From the NCBI RefSeq assembly GCF_020745735.1, contig NC_083404.1:97897731-97961730 (forward strand): DNA of 64,000 bases, in the 5' to 3' direction. The notes beneath the pieces were generated by a model. It was given only the letters and a program-made list of their open reading frames with translations, did no database searches and was not told where the DNA came from. The translations under genes and the position numbers were made by a program. Source of the stretch: Hemiscyllium ocellatum (taxonomy: Eukaryota). Each line of letters starts with the position of its first letter. Position 1 is the first letter of the stretch. This document shows, in pieces, positions 1 through 12,250 of the stretch.

Positions 1-218
1 GATGGCATGAGACTTTCTGAGATCTGGAAATATTGGATTTCTGGATTTCCGAGATCAATTCTCCCTCTAACTGTTTAATTGTGCAACCATCTCTGGTGAG
101 GCAGTACGTATCAGTAATGTTGATAATGGAAGAGATTGTGTCATCGATTGTGGAATCTGGTTTGGTGTGACGTTGTTGCTTGACTATTCAATGGGAAAGC
201 TCTCTCAATTTTGGTACA
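1..218 (-). mobile_element. SINE-headed CR1-group LINE ('LINE-A'), copy 1: endonuclease N-terminal fragment
   Basis: Reverse complement (gtaccaaaattgagagagctttcccattgaatagtcaagcaac...aaagtctcatgccatc) matches 44586-44815, the APE-endonuclease start. It joins 2105-2500 once the CR1 at 219-2104 is removed. Confidence 0.75.
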
Positions 219-2104
219 ATTTTTGTCATCCATGGTTCACAATTCGTGGAGGAACATTGGAAGAGTAGGGCAAGTATTAAATGAGGAATAAAGCGGGCTA
301 AAAGGAGTCATGAAATAGCTTTAGCGAGCAGAATTAAGGAGAATCTCAAAGCATTTCATTCTTATATAAGAAGCAAGAGGGTAACTAGAGAAAGGATTGG
401 TCCACTTAAGGATAACGATAGAAGGCTATGTGTCGAACCTGAGAGAATAGGTGAGATTCTGAATGATTACTTTGCATCAGTGTTCACTGAGGAGAGGAAC
501 ACGATGAATGTTGAGATTAGAGACAGAAGTTTGATTAGTCTGGATCATGTTGACAGAAGTAGGAAAGATGTGTTGGGTATGCTAGAGGTTATTAAGGTGG
601 ACAAATTCCCAGGACCAGATAGGATCTATCCTAGGTTGCTGAGGAAGGCGAGAGAGGAAATAGCTGGGGCCCTGACAGATATTTTTGTGGCATCCTTAAA
701 TACAGGTGAGGTGCCGGAGGACTGGAGAGTTGCTCGAGTTGTCCCTTTGTACAAGAAGGGTAGTAGGGATATTCCAGGTAACTACAGACCAGTGAGCCTG
801 ACGTCAGTTGTGGGAAAGTTTCTGGAGAACGTACTGAGGGATAGGGTCTATTTATATTTAGAAACGAATGGGCTTATCAGTGATGGGCAACATGGTATTG
901 TGCGGGGAGATCGTGCCTTACCAACTTGACAGAGTTCTTCGTGGAAGTGACCAAGTTGTTAGATGAAGGAAGGGCTGTTGATGTTATATACATGGACTTT
1001 AGTAAGGAGTTTGATAAGGTTCCCCATGGTAGACTAATGGAGAAAGTGAAGTCACATGGTGTGCAGGGTGTTCCAGCTAGGTGGATAAAGAACTGGTTGA
1101 GCAACAGGAGATAGAGAGTAGTAGCTGAAGGGAGTTTCTCGAAATGGAGAAAGGTGACCAGTGGTGTTGCACAGGGATCAGTATTGGGGCCAGTGTTTTT
1201 TGTAATGTACACAAATGATCTGGAAGAGGGCACTGTTGGTATGATCAGCAAGTTTGCAGATGACACAAAGATTGGTGGAGTAGCAGAAAGCATAGGGACT
1301 GTCAGAGAATACAGGAGGATATATGTAGACTGGAGAGTTGGGTGGAAACGTGGCAGATGGAGTTCAATCCAGACAAATGTGAGGTGATGCATTTAGGCAA
1401 GTCTAATTCTGGAGCGAATTATACAATGAACGGAAGAGCCTTGGGAAAGGTTGATGGGCAGAGAGATTTGGGAGTGCAGATCCATTGTACCCTGAAGTTT
1501 GCTGCACATTGGACGGGATATTGAGTATAAGAGCTGGCTAGTCATGTTAAAATTGTCCAAGACGTTGGTTTGGCTGCACTTAGAACACTATGTACAGTGC
1601 TGGTCGCCACATTACCAAAAGGATGTGGACGCATTGGAGAGGGTGCAGAGAAGGTTTACGAGGATGTTGCCTGGTATGGAAGGCGTTAGCTATGAAGAGA
1701 GGTTGAGAGGGTTAGGTTTATTTTCATTAGAAAAAAGGAGATTGAGGGGGGACCTGATTGAGGTTTACAAAATCATGAAGGGTTTAGACAGTGTGGATAG
1801 AGACAAGCTTTTTCCCAAGGTGAAGGATTCAATAACGAGAGGTCACGCTTTCAAGGTTGAGAGGTGAAAAGTTTAAGGGGATATACATAGCAAGAACTTC
1901 ACACAGTTTTTGGAACGCGTTGCCAGCAGAGCTGGTAGAGGCAGGTATGGTAGATTCAGTTAAGATTCATCTGGACAGATGCATGAGTAGGTGGGGAGCA
2001 GAGGGATACAGATCGACAGGTTTAGACAGTCCATTTGGATTGGCTCAGGCTTGGAGGGCTGAAGGGCCTGTTCCTGGACTGTAATTTTTTTTCCTCTTTG
2101 TTCT
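219..2104 (+). mobile_element. 5'-truncated CR1/HER1-type LINE, frameshifted ORF2 (RT and 3' UTR)
   Basis: ORF fragments with NYRPVSLTSV, YMDFSKEFDKVPH, QGSVLGP, KFADDTK and LERVQRRFTRM; 3' tail gggctgaagggcctgttcct. 219-245 looks like a short inverted ORF2 piece (reverse complement reads EPWMTK). Confidence 0.95.
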
Positions 2105-2500
2105 AAACCACTAGTTAATAATAAGACAGACTTTGTGGGGTCAACTTGGTTCCTGTGCTGTTGCTGCTTCCAGTGGCTAGGTCAATTCCAGCTGTTCCAC
2201 CTCGATTTGTTCTCATTCTTCTCTTTCAGTTTGATACAACTTCATGGCTTGCTCAGCCATTTCGGTGGCAGCCATATTGCTGTGGGTCTGGAGGCCACAT
2301 GGAGACCATACCTGGAAAGGATATCAACTTTTTTTTCTCTATGGGACACTAGTGAAACCAACTGGATTGTTCTAGTAATCTGTTAGGTCAGGATCAATAT
2401 CACTAAGATTTGCACATTTAATTCTTGATTGACAGACTGAATTAAAATTCCATTAGTTGCCATGATAGGAATTGTACTCCTAAACACAGGGCATTAGCTG
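2105..2500 (-). mobile_element. LINE-A copy 1: SINE-like head and 5' region
   Basis: Reverse complement contains ggttcactagtgtcc...ccatgtggcctccagacccacagcaatatgg...aattgacctagccactggaag...gaccccacaaagtc, colinear with 44340-44585. Confidence 0.7.
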
Positions 2501-2977
2501 TCACTCAATTCATTGTCTTTTTGCAAGATATTGCTGTGTGCAAACTGATATCTGTCTGTCTGCATGACAACAGTGGCTACAATTCCAATTCATTGACAAT
2601 AATCACATTAGGACTTCCTGATAAGACATTATATAAATTATTTTTTTACATTATCCTACAATCCTGAAACTCCTCGACTCTTGGTGCACAGTGTGGCTAA
2701 CTGTTGCTTAGGTATAAAGATGTAATGCTGCAAAGGTTCAATTTACAAATGTGCTGGTTCTGGAGTCATGATAGGTTCGTGATTTTCAAAATGCTTATAT
2801 TACTCACGTCACTACTTCACCCAACGTACTTAGGTGCACAAACTTGGATTAAAAGTAGAAAAATAAAGAAATTAGTAAAAAGTGCAAAATTACAGATCTT
2901 CTCAGTACAAAGTAGGAAATAAGAAACAAAGTTAAAAATTTCAAATTACAATCCTTCTTTAGCTATGGGCTTCAGCC

Positions 2978-4210
2978 CCTCCATCCTGGATCTCTCCCCC
3001 CTGCACTGGGCTCGATCTCTCTCCAGCACTGAACTCGATCTCTCTCCCGCACTGAGCTCGAATTCTCTCCCGTACTGAGCTCAATCTCTTCCGCTGCGCT
3101 GGGCTCAATCTCTCCCCCTGTGCTGGGCGCAATCTCTCCCCCTGCGCTGGGCTCGATCTCTCCCTCCGCGCTGGGCTTAATCTCTCTCCTTGCACTGGGC
3201 TCGATCTCTCCCCCTGCGCTGGGCTCAATCTCTACCCCTGCGCTGGGCTCGATCTCTCCCTCTGCGCTGGGCTCAATCTCTCTCCTTGCACTGGGCTCGA
3301 TCTCTACCCCTGCACTGAGCTCGATCTCTCTCCCTGCGCTGGGCTTGATCTCTCCCTCTGCGCTGGGCTCAATCTCTCTCCCTGTGCTGGGCTCAATCTC
3401 TCCCCCTGCACTGGGCTCAATCTCTCCCCCTGCACTGGGCTCAATCTCTCCCCCTGTGCTGGGCTCAATCTCTCCCCCTGCGCTGGGCTCAATCTCTCCC
3501 CCTGTGTTGGGCTCAATCTCTACCCCTGCACTGAGCTCTATCTCTCTCCTTGCACTGAGCCCGATCTCTCCCCCTATACTGAGCCTGATCTCTCTTCCTG
3601 CGCTGGGCCCAGTTGTTCTCGCTGCGCTGCGCCCGATCTCTCCCCCTGCACTGGGCTCGATCTCTCCCTCCTGCGCTGGACTCGATCTTTTTCCCCTGCA
3701 CTGGGCTCGATCTCTCTCCCTGCGCTGGGCTCGATCTCTCCCCCTGCATTGAGCCCAATCTTTCCCCTTGCACTGGGCTCGATCTTTTTCCCCTGCGCTG
3801 GGCTCAATCTCTCCCCCTGCGCTGCGCTCGCTCTCTCCCTGCGTTTAGCTCTATCTCTCTCCCTGCGCTGGGTTCGATCTCTCCCCTGTGCTGAGTTTGA
3901 ACTCTCTCCTTGTGCTGGCTTCAATCTCTCTCCCTGTGCTGTTCAATCTCTCCCCTGTGCTGACTTCGATCTCTCCCCCTGTGCTAAGTTTGATTTCTCT
4001 CCCTGTGCTGACTTCGATCTCTCTCCCTGTCTTGAGTTTGATCTCCCCCCCTGTGCTGAGTTGATCTCTCCCCCTGTGCTGACTTTGATCTCTTTCCCTA
4101 TGCTGGCATTGATCTCTCCCCTTGTGCTGACTTGTTCCCTCTCCCTGTGCTGGCTTTGATCTCTCCCTCTAGGCTGAGTTTAATCCCGCCCCCAGTGCTG
4201 GGCTCAATCA
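2978..4210. repeat. Minisatellite, 24-bp unit (CTGCGCTGGGCTCGATCTCTCCCC), roughly 50 copies
   Basis: The unit is directly visible and generates the repetitive ORFs (ALGSISPP / AQGERLSP). Confidence 0.97.
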
Positions 4211-4413
4211 CTCATCCCCACGTCTCGATGCTGCCGTCTATCTTCCAACCACTATCCTCTCTCTCCCATACTGTGCTTGAAACTAGTGTTCTCTAAAATG
4301 TTCCTTAAAAGCACAAGCAACACCTAAGATTGGGTTACAAATCAAGGTTATGTTCAACACAAAGATGATTCTCAGGTGTCATACTGAGGAATTGACAATG
4401 CTTTTCAGAGGAT

Positions 4414-5987
4414 TTTGTGATGCCAGTGTTGGACTGGGGTGTACAAAGTTAAAAAATCAAACAACACCAGGTCATAGTCCAACAGGTTTATTTGGAAGCA
4501 CTAGCTTATAGAGCACTGCTCCTTCATCAGGTGGTTGTGGAGTATAAGATTGTAAGACACAGAATTTATAGCAAAAGTTTACAGTGTGCTGTAACTGAAA
4601 TTATATATTGAAAAAATACCTGAATTGTTTGTAAAGTCTCTTACCTTTTTGAATGACCATGTTGGCTTCAGTTCTTTCATATGTAAATCACAAACTTTTT
4701 TTAAAAGTTACATTCTCAAGTGAACTTTAACAATTGATGTCATGTCGGCCCAGGTAAAGTATTGAAGGTCTGAGCTGCCCTGTGTGAGACTGTCTGTGCC
4801 ACAATGGTCAGACTGATTCTAATCTAAAAAACGGATTTACAGAATCTTACATGGATTCGTGCAGTTTTTGAGCAAAGTAAAATGTGATTCTGCAAGTACA
4901 AATTCACCCCACAAACATATATATATATGTTCATGTGTGAGTGTAAAGGGATAATAAGTCTGTTAGAGGGTGCGTGTGTGAGTGTAGGAATGTATGTGTG
5001 AGCACATGAGAGAGGNNNNNNNNNNNNNNNNNNNNNNNNNNNNNNNNNNNNNNNNNNNNNNNNNNNNNNNNNNNNNNNNNNNNNNNNNNNNNNNNNNNNN
5101 NNNNNNNNNNNNNNNNNNNNNNNNNNNNNNNNNNNNNNNNNNNNNNNNGGTGGCTGTTTAAAGGCAAGAAGTGGAGATGCCCATCCTCATTGATAATTTG
5201 TTGCAGGCTGCGACAACATGGCATAGTTTTTCGGTTGCTGGAAAGTACTGGACAACAAAGAGTACCCTGTTGGTTGCAGCTCGTGTCTGTCTCCTGAGGA
5301 GGTCATTACAGTTTCTTATTGTGGCACGTCGGAACTGACAGTTGATGAGTTGAGCATCATATCCTGTTCTTATTCCCTGAGTACTTCCAGGTGCCCGTCA
5401 CGTTCTTCCTCATCTGAACAGATCCTGTATGTGTAGGGCTTTCCATGTGGGATGGCAGTTTTAATGTGTTTCGAGTGGAATCTGGAGAAGTGTAGCATCG
5501 TGAGGTTATCCATGAGTTTGCAGTAGAATGAGGTGCTGAGGTGCCCATCCTTGATGGAGATGCATGTGTCCAAGAATGAGACAAATAGTAGAGAGTAGTC
5601 CATTGCGAGTTTAATGGTGGCATTAAACTCATTGTTATCACTGTGCAGTTGTTTCAGTGACTCCTCGCCATTGGTCCAGAGGAAGAAAATGTCGTCGATG
5701 TACCTGGTGTATAGTGTTGGTTGGAGGAAACTTTGCTATGGCAACGGATGAATGGACACTGCATAACAGTCAATGGATAGGAGTGTTCCCTCCCAGTCGG
5801 AGAACACTTCTGCGGTCTGGGACATTCGACCTTGGACCTTCGGGTGACCATCCTCCATGGCTGACTTTGGGACAGGCAACAATGAAAAGTGGCTAAGTAG
5901 AAGATGATAGCCAAGTTCGGTATCCATGGGCATGGTCTCAACTGGGACCTTGAGTTCATGTCACACTACAGGTGACCCCATTGCACT

Positions 5988-6018
<31 letters not shown>

Positions 6019-6704
6019 GTCACAGACAGACACAGACGCACACACACACTGTCCTACAGACCTATACAGTCATGCAGACCCTCTCTCATACGATCACGCA
6101 TATGCTCTCATACTCCCACACGCATCCTCTCACAGGCATATACCCCTTTACACTGACACTCACATACATACACGCACTTTTACAGACATTCATAACCCCC
6201 GCCATGGCCCCCTCCCTCACCCACACACAAACACCTTCATTTACACATACACATATAAGTTTGTGGGGTGAATTTGTACTTGCAGAAGTACATTTTACTT
6301 TGCTCAAAAACTGCTTGAATCTATGTAATATTCTGTAAATCCATTTTTAAGATTAGAATCAGTCTGACCATTGTGGCACAAACAGTCTCACACAGGGCAG
6401 CACTATCTGGGCTGACATGACACCAAATGTTAAAGTTCACTTGAGAATGTAACTTTTAAAGAAGTTTTGTGATTTACATATGAAAGAACTGAAGCCAACA
6501 TGGTCATTCAAAAAGACGAGAGACTTAAACAATTCAGGTCTTTTTTCAATACATAATTTCAGTTACAGCACATTGTAAACTTTTGCTGTAAATTCTGTGT
6601 CTTACAATCTTATACTCCACAACCACCTGATGAAGGAGCAGCGCTCCAAAAGCTAGTGCTTCCAAATAAACCTGTTGGACAATGACCTGTTGTGTGATCT
6701 TTAA
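4414..6704. mobile_element. Penelope-like retroelement with inverted arms (minus arm 4414-~5726, plus arm ~5727-6704)
   Basis: Minus arm has the terminal repeat and RT thumb (FLDTCISIKDGHLST...LHFSRFH). Plus arm has the GIY-YIG C-terminus, a CA-rich UTR and the terminal repeat. TSD CTTTTCAGA(G/T)GAT at 4401-4413 and 6705-6717. Confidence 0.92.
5016..5148. other. Assembly gap (N run)
   Basis: Run of N at the position of the PLE's GT-rich UTR. Confidence 0.99.
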
Positions 6705-6830
6705 CTTTTCAGATGATATCTTTATCAGAGTCCCATCTGCTATCTCAGGTGGACATTAAAACTTCCAAAGAACTGCTCAGAATAACAGAACATTATGGCC
6801 TCTTTACTTTCCTTAATAACTCTTCTTTGA
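6705..6830 (+). mobile_element. DeuSINE remnant split by the PLE (5' part at ~4330-4413)
   Basis: cagatgatatctttatcagagtcccatctgctatctcaggtggacattaaaa resembles the Deu-domain consensus (ggatgagacgttaaaccgaggccccgtctgccctctcaggtggacgtaaaa). Confidence 0.6.
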
Positions 6831-8194
6831 TGTATTTAGGAGTTGTAAAAATCTGCAGCTTTCTTTTCAGGGTCTCCATCAGTTGATCACTGGGTACTTA
6901 ATTATTTAAAAAGGCATTTTGAGGAAAATTACTGTGCTATTTAATAGTGTGTTAGAATACCCTAATCAATTTCTTAGTGAGTTAAATATTTTTTGAAATG
7001 TTTTTTGTAAACAAGCAGCTATCCCTGCCTGTGTACCTAAGAGCACAAGCATAATTCCAAATGCTGACCAAAATTATTATCAGGCATTATTTTGACTGGC
7101 AGTGCCAGAAACTAATAGAAACAATGTGGAACTCCAGCACTATGTTTTAAGCTATTGGCAAATGTCCCTTCAAAAGATTTTTAGTCGTCATTTAGTTGCA
7201 TATTTTTAAAAATGTTCTTCTCCTTAATAAAATGACAAAGGAATAGTATGTGTCTACCTAGTTCTCATTTCTCCAGTCTTATCTGTGGATAAATTATAAA
7301 CAAATACTTCTCCAAACACAATGGAGTGGAAATTGGCATAGACTGGGCCCATTTACTGCCTGTGACACTGACATCACACTGACCAATTTAATAATGGATG
7401 TCCTGCACTCTGTGTTCACACTGGGGCTACTGCTGAATTTACCAGATGTATTTTCAGTTGTCCCTGTCAGCCACCTAAAACAGGCATCAGGCCCATTAAA
7501 TACACAAATAAGTGGCCGAGCATCTGTTCTAGATTGCTTGCCAAAATTGGCTGCTGATGAGCAGAACAGGAACTGTACCTGCTCTTTTCCAAACTCATTT
7601 TTAAAAAAGAATTCTTCTGCAGCCACTGTGGGTTCCCACTAAGTGTAAGTTTATACTGTTTTTTTCAGAAAAAAAACCAGAAACTGGGGAGCCAGGAATG
7701 TAAGTGAACTCCCCAAAAGATAGAGTTGGTACAGTATTCGGATGTAGTATATCCAAACTCCCTCCCTCTTCTCGGAACGCCCATATCCCACTCGTGAAGC
7801 AAACAGCCAAGTATTTATTTTTCCAAAAACAGAGGAGAGACTGGTGTTGGCAATTCATCCAAATAATTCTAATGATGCCACAGAATGAATTCCTGGTTTG
7901 CTTGTGCCTCCCGACTAGGGGTTTGCTGCTGACTACAGGCTATAACCGACTTCTAACCAAATAGGTAAGACAAAGCACAAGTAGGTAAGACAAAGACAGG
8001 TACTTCTAGAAATAAATTCATGGTCAGTGCATTGGGATAATTTTATGATATGATATTTGAAAAATGGGGTCAACTCACCTCAATAAAAGTCACCTTAAAT
8101 ATTAATCCAAAAAGTCTGCTGTATATAATAGATGTACAGTGTCTTGTTTTGAGATATGTAGCCTTATTGCTTTCGCATGTATTTCCCCATATTA

Positions 8195-8384
8195 GGAGAA
8201 AGTGAGGACTGCAGATGCTGGAGACCAGAGTTGAAAGTGTGGTGCTGGAAAAGCGCAGCAGGCCAGGCAGCATCCGACAAGCAGGAGAATTGATGTTTCG
8301 GGCATAAGCCCTTCCTCCTGAAAAAGGGCTTATGCCTGAAACGTCGATTCTCCTGCTCATCGGATGCTGCCTGGCCTGCTGCGC
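8195..8384. mobile_element. Short foldback PLE-terminus element with hammerhead motif
   Basis: Inverted arms around ~8314; ctgaaaaagggcttatgcctgaaacgtcga; exact 13-bp TSD TTTCCCCATATTA at 8182-8194 and 8385-8397. Confidence 0.9.
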
Positions 8385-8483
8385 TTTCCCCATATTATCC
8401 AATACCCTTAAACCTTGAACAAGCCATTTAGTGCATACCCGATAATCAACTAGGAGAAATTACCAAAAGCTAAGAGAAATAAA

Positions 8484-8616
8484 CATGAGCTATAGAAAAT
8501 GAAACATCTCCAATTTTCTATATGGGGTGTTACTGAGAACATTCTATTAACATGCGCTATAGAAAATAAAAGAACCCCAATATTCCATGTGGTGGTGACT
8601 GAGAGCATTCTATTAA
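8484..8616. repeat. Diverged ~67-bp tandem duplication
   Basis: catgagctatagaaaat...attctattaa is followed by catgcgctatagaaaat...attctattaa. Confidence 0.85.
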
Positions 8617-10654
8617 ATGCTTTCTTGTAACAGAGAAATGTTCCTCTAGATTTTTCCTACAAGTAAATATTGAGAAGCCATTGTCTTCAATCCAAATATA
8701 AATTATGACCTCTAGTCACCAACTAATGCATGTTAACATTAAATGTAACTGTAGATGGTTATCTGAGAGATACCAGGCTCACTGATCATAGTTAAGAAAC
8801 TGTAATCTAGATGTACTTCTCTCTTCATTCTAAATTAGCTCCGCCCCCACTGTGTTATTTATGCCCTATGTTAATTAACTCTATGACATCACAAGGTTAC
8901 TCCATAACCCTAAAGCACTTATATCACATAAATGCAAGTTTTAATATGATTGTATTCTTGAAAGCTGAACTTCCCCTTACTGTTCTTGTGTTTTATGCTG
9001 ATGCATAACAAAAATGGGAATCACTAATTCTATTACAGACACTAGAAATTCAGAATTGTAGCTGGTTGTCAATGCAATTAGCTCATTTGCTAGAATGTTG
9101 TTGAACACCCTGGTCAGATACTGAGAGTTAGGGAATATATCAAAACTGTATGCTACCATTTAACATTAATTGATATGGCCACCACAACTTCATTATTGTT
9201 TATAATCTATGGTCTTCTCCAAAACAAAGGCAGTTATTAGAACTGTGATCTGCCGTGAAGGCAATTTAGCACATCACTCTCCAGAACAGTTGTTCCATTA
9301 TCTCCTTACCTAATGTGGATGCCGAAGCAACATGATGCATTGTACCTCAGTTATTCCATTTTGAAATAAATACACATCTCAAATGGACATTTCAAACAGT
9401 TTAAAAAAAAACTTTTTGTGTCAATAATTTGGCATTCCAGCGAGTTAACCAGTAGGAAGTGACATTATGCACAACAAGAAGAATGCTTAATAGCATTCAC
9501 ATCACATTTCTCTGCCTGCAATATTGGAGGAAGCATAAACTACACAGACATTAAATTCAACAGATTCATTCCTGCAGTAAAACAACAGATGGGAAAAGTA
9601 CTGGGAAGAATATTACCGAAACCACCCCCTACTTTCCCTCCTGAGGAGGCTGGAATGAGGCGAGGGAACAGAAAATAAAATTAAATCAGATCAGCACTCT
9701 GACCAAGGACTAGGCTTTACGCTACCTTGCTGGTTTAAGGTGGTGGCACATACAATGCACCCAACTGATGGCTATTTACATGTCTTAACCCCCTTTCCCA
9801 AGCTATTTTACTAGTGGGGTTAAGGACAGCTAGTCTGGTTGCTGTGCAGGTTAGTGTTGGTAGAGAAGGCAGAATCTGCTTAGGGGGTCGGCAAAGTCCA
9901 ATTGAAGGCAACCCCCTGAAAGGTTCATATCCCCTTTGATACATCCCTGTCACACCCCTCACGTACCCAGGACTTGCCTTCAGCCTGGTCTCCAAAAGCC
10001 ACTTCTTTGGCTGTGTCTCAGATTGGCAGGGCCTAGTGAGGAGTGACAGGAAAAGCAGGATCTCAGTGGCAAGAGGGTAAAGGGAAAAGGATGACTATTG
10101 GTGGGGTGTTCATTACCAGTCCTACTGACACCAACCTGCACAGTGAAACTGCTAAGCTTCCAACATGGGATGGGGAAAATTGCTGTGTGGCATAAGGCCC
10201 CTAAATGACTTCAATAGGCCAAAGGCTGATTGCTTAAAACCTTGAATATCCCACAAAGATTTTGCCAGTGCGATGTTATTGTTATTTTGGTATGACCTTT
10301 CTAAAGTGAGAATGGTTCACAATTTTAGCTGTATAGAAAATCAACATTTTTTTGAAAAGTTCAGAAGGTAATTTTGAGGAATGAAATCAAAACAGCATTG
10401 ACATGCAGTCAGGTGATTTTAGCTCCATGGCCAGTAAGATACTTCAGAAGATAATTGTGAGGGCATTTGCTGACTTGTGGTTTACAACCTAGAATGACAT
10501 GGTCTCATGTAGACTAAAGGAGTTAATAATAGTAGAGGTGCTTTGAGTAGAAGTCTGCAGGCCATCAAGACAGGGGAGAAATCCTTGGAAGCTTAAAAGG
10601 TAATGGGAAGACAATCCCAAGAGCAGTCCATATTGAAAGGCAGCAAACCAGGAT

Positions 10655-11265
10655 AATAATCAGGGTTGGTCTGACAAGAGGCAAATATAATTTATATCAC
10701 ACAAGTATCAGTCAATTATTGCCCTTGAGATTCAATGGCATCACCATCACTGAATCTCCCAAAATTAACATTCAGGGGTTTCCTTTAACCAGGAACTGAA
10801 CTGGACTCAGCATGTGAATGCAATGGCTACAAGGACAGATCAGAGGTTAGAAATACTTCAACAAGTAATTCGCCTCCTGATACCTCAAAGCCTGTCCACC
10901 ATCTAATGGGCACAAGTCAAGAATTTGATGGAATACTTTTCACGTTTCTGGAAGACTGTAGCTCCAACAACACACAAGAAGCTTGACACAATCCAAGACA
11001 GAGCGCCCACTTGATTGGTACCACATCCACAAACATTCTTTCCCTCTATAATCGATGCTCAGTAGCAGCAGTGTGCATCATCTATAGATTTATTGAAGAA
11101 GTTCACCAAGGATCCTTCAACAGAACCTTCCAAACTGATGACTGTTATGTTCTAGTCCAAAAATGCCAGCAGATACATCAGAACACCACCATGTGCAAGT
11201 TCTTTTGCAAGCCATTCACTACCCTGACTTAGAAACATTTCTCCATTCCTTCAGTGTCACTGTAG
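10655..11265 (+). mobile_element. LINE-A 3' fragment
   Basis: ttcaatggcatcaccatcactgaatctccc...gaactgaactggactcagcat matches 47600-47700; the later part matches the reverse complement of 61800-62240. Confidence 0.85.
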
Positions 11266-11429
11266 ACCTCCCACAGGCTATTCCTGGAACAATTTGTCAC
11301 TCAGTGGATATTTGATGAAAGGCCAGTATCCCCTGGTGCATGTACTAACACTGCCATTTAGAAACTGCCCTGGTCAGTGATGGACACAGTACCAAGATAT
11401 CAGAGAAGGTTAAGATGTTGCCGTGATTC

Positions 11430-12250
11430 TCTGTTGGGAATCTGGAAGTCCTGGTGGATGGGTGGTACAGCGATGTCTGACAGACGACCTAGCAGCCTAA
11501 GTTTGAGGTTACCATCCAGATCAGTGCAGTCAAATGATCAGTAGTGCCGCCAGAAGGTCAATGACTTTCTCTGCTGTGCCAGATAAGTGCCACACTCTTC
11601 TTTCTGCTACCTCACACTCACTCTATCTCTGCCACTGTGCCAACCTCTTACCAAGCCTCATGCTCTGCCACACTCACTATTGACTCAATATCTTTCCTCA
11701 ATAATACTTACTTCCCTAACCCCAGCAAATATCCCACGCCACTAACCCTGCATGGCCATCTTTCCTACTCACTTCCTTGGAATAGCTCGCCATTTTCCTC
11801 CCAGGAACTGTGATGCCATCTACTTTCAACTCACTCAATCCTTTCCTTTCTCTCTTTTCTGGAGAAAGCAGCTGACAATAAGCCAGAAAGGGTCCAGAGA
11901 GGTGGTGAGGTTCCCAGATATTAGACTGCTCAGCCCTACATCCTGGGCCTCTCAGGCGAAGGTTCCTACTACATCGGCTGAGGGGATGCAGAGGCATCTG
12001 TATCCCACTGTGACTCCCACAATACATTGCCGTTAGGGGTATTCACTGCACACTATTTCTAACCATTGGCCTCTCTCTTTTCGTCTTACATCTTTACTAG
12101 CGGAATGTCCACCACCTGCTGTGGAGAAACAGCCACTCCATCTGAAACTACCTCCTTGAGCTTTGAGGATGACAGTCCCGAGGCCTCAGAGGAAGCATCG
12201 AGAAGGCTACCTGTGCACCTCTACCAGCTCAGATACGGTCAACCTACATG
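11430..12250 (+). mobile_element. PIF/Harbinger Myb/SANT-like gene relic (continues at ~13860-14150)
   Basis: Broken frames read LEVLVDG...(Q)CRQKVNDFL and EKAADNKPERVQRGG.PDIRLLSPY, typical of Harbinger Myb/SANT proteins. Confidence 0.6.

Noticed and set aside
3120-3752. 210-aa ORF and overlapping repetitive ORFs
   Set aside because: Produced by the 24-bp minisatellite period; no ATG or splice context.
2978-4210. CRISPR-like regular array
   Set aside because: Contiguous tandem units with no unique spacers, in a eukaryotic context.
5926-6338. His/Thr-rich ORFs (also at 26130-26412 and 50959-51378)
   Set aside because: Translations of CA/GT-rich PLE UTRs.
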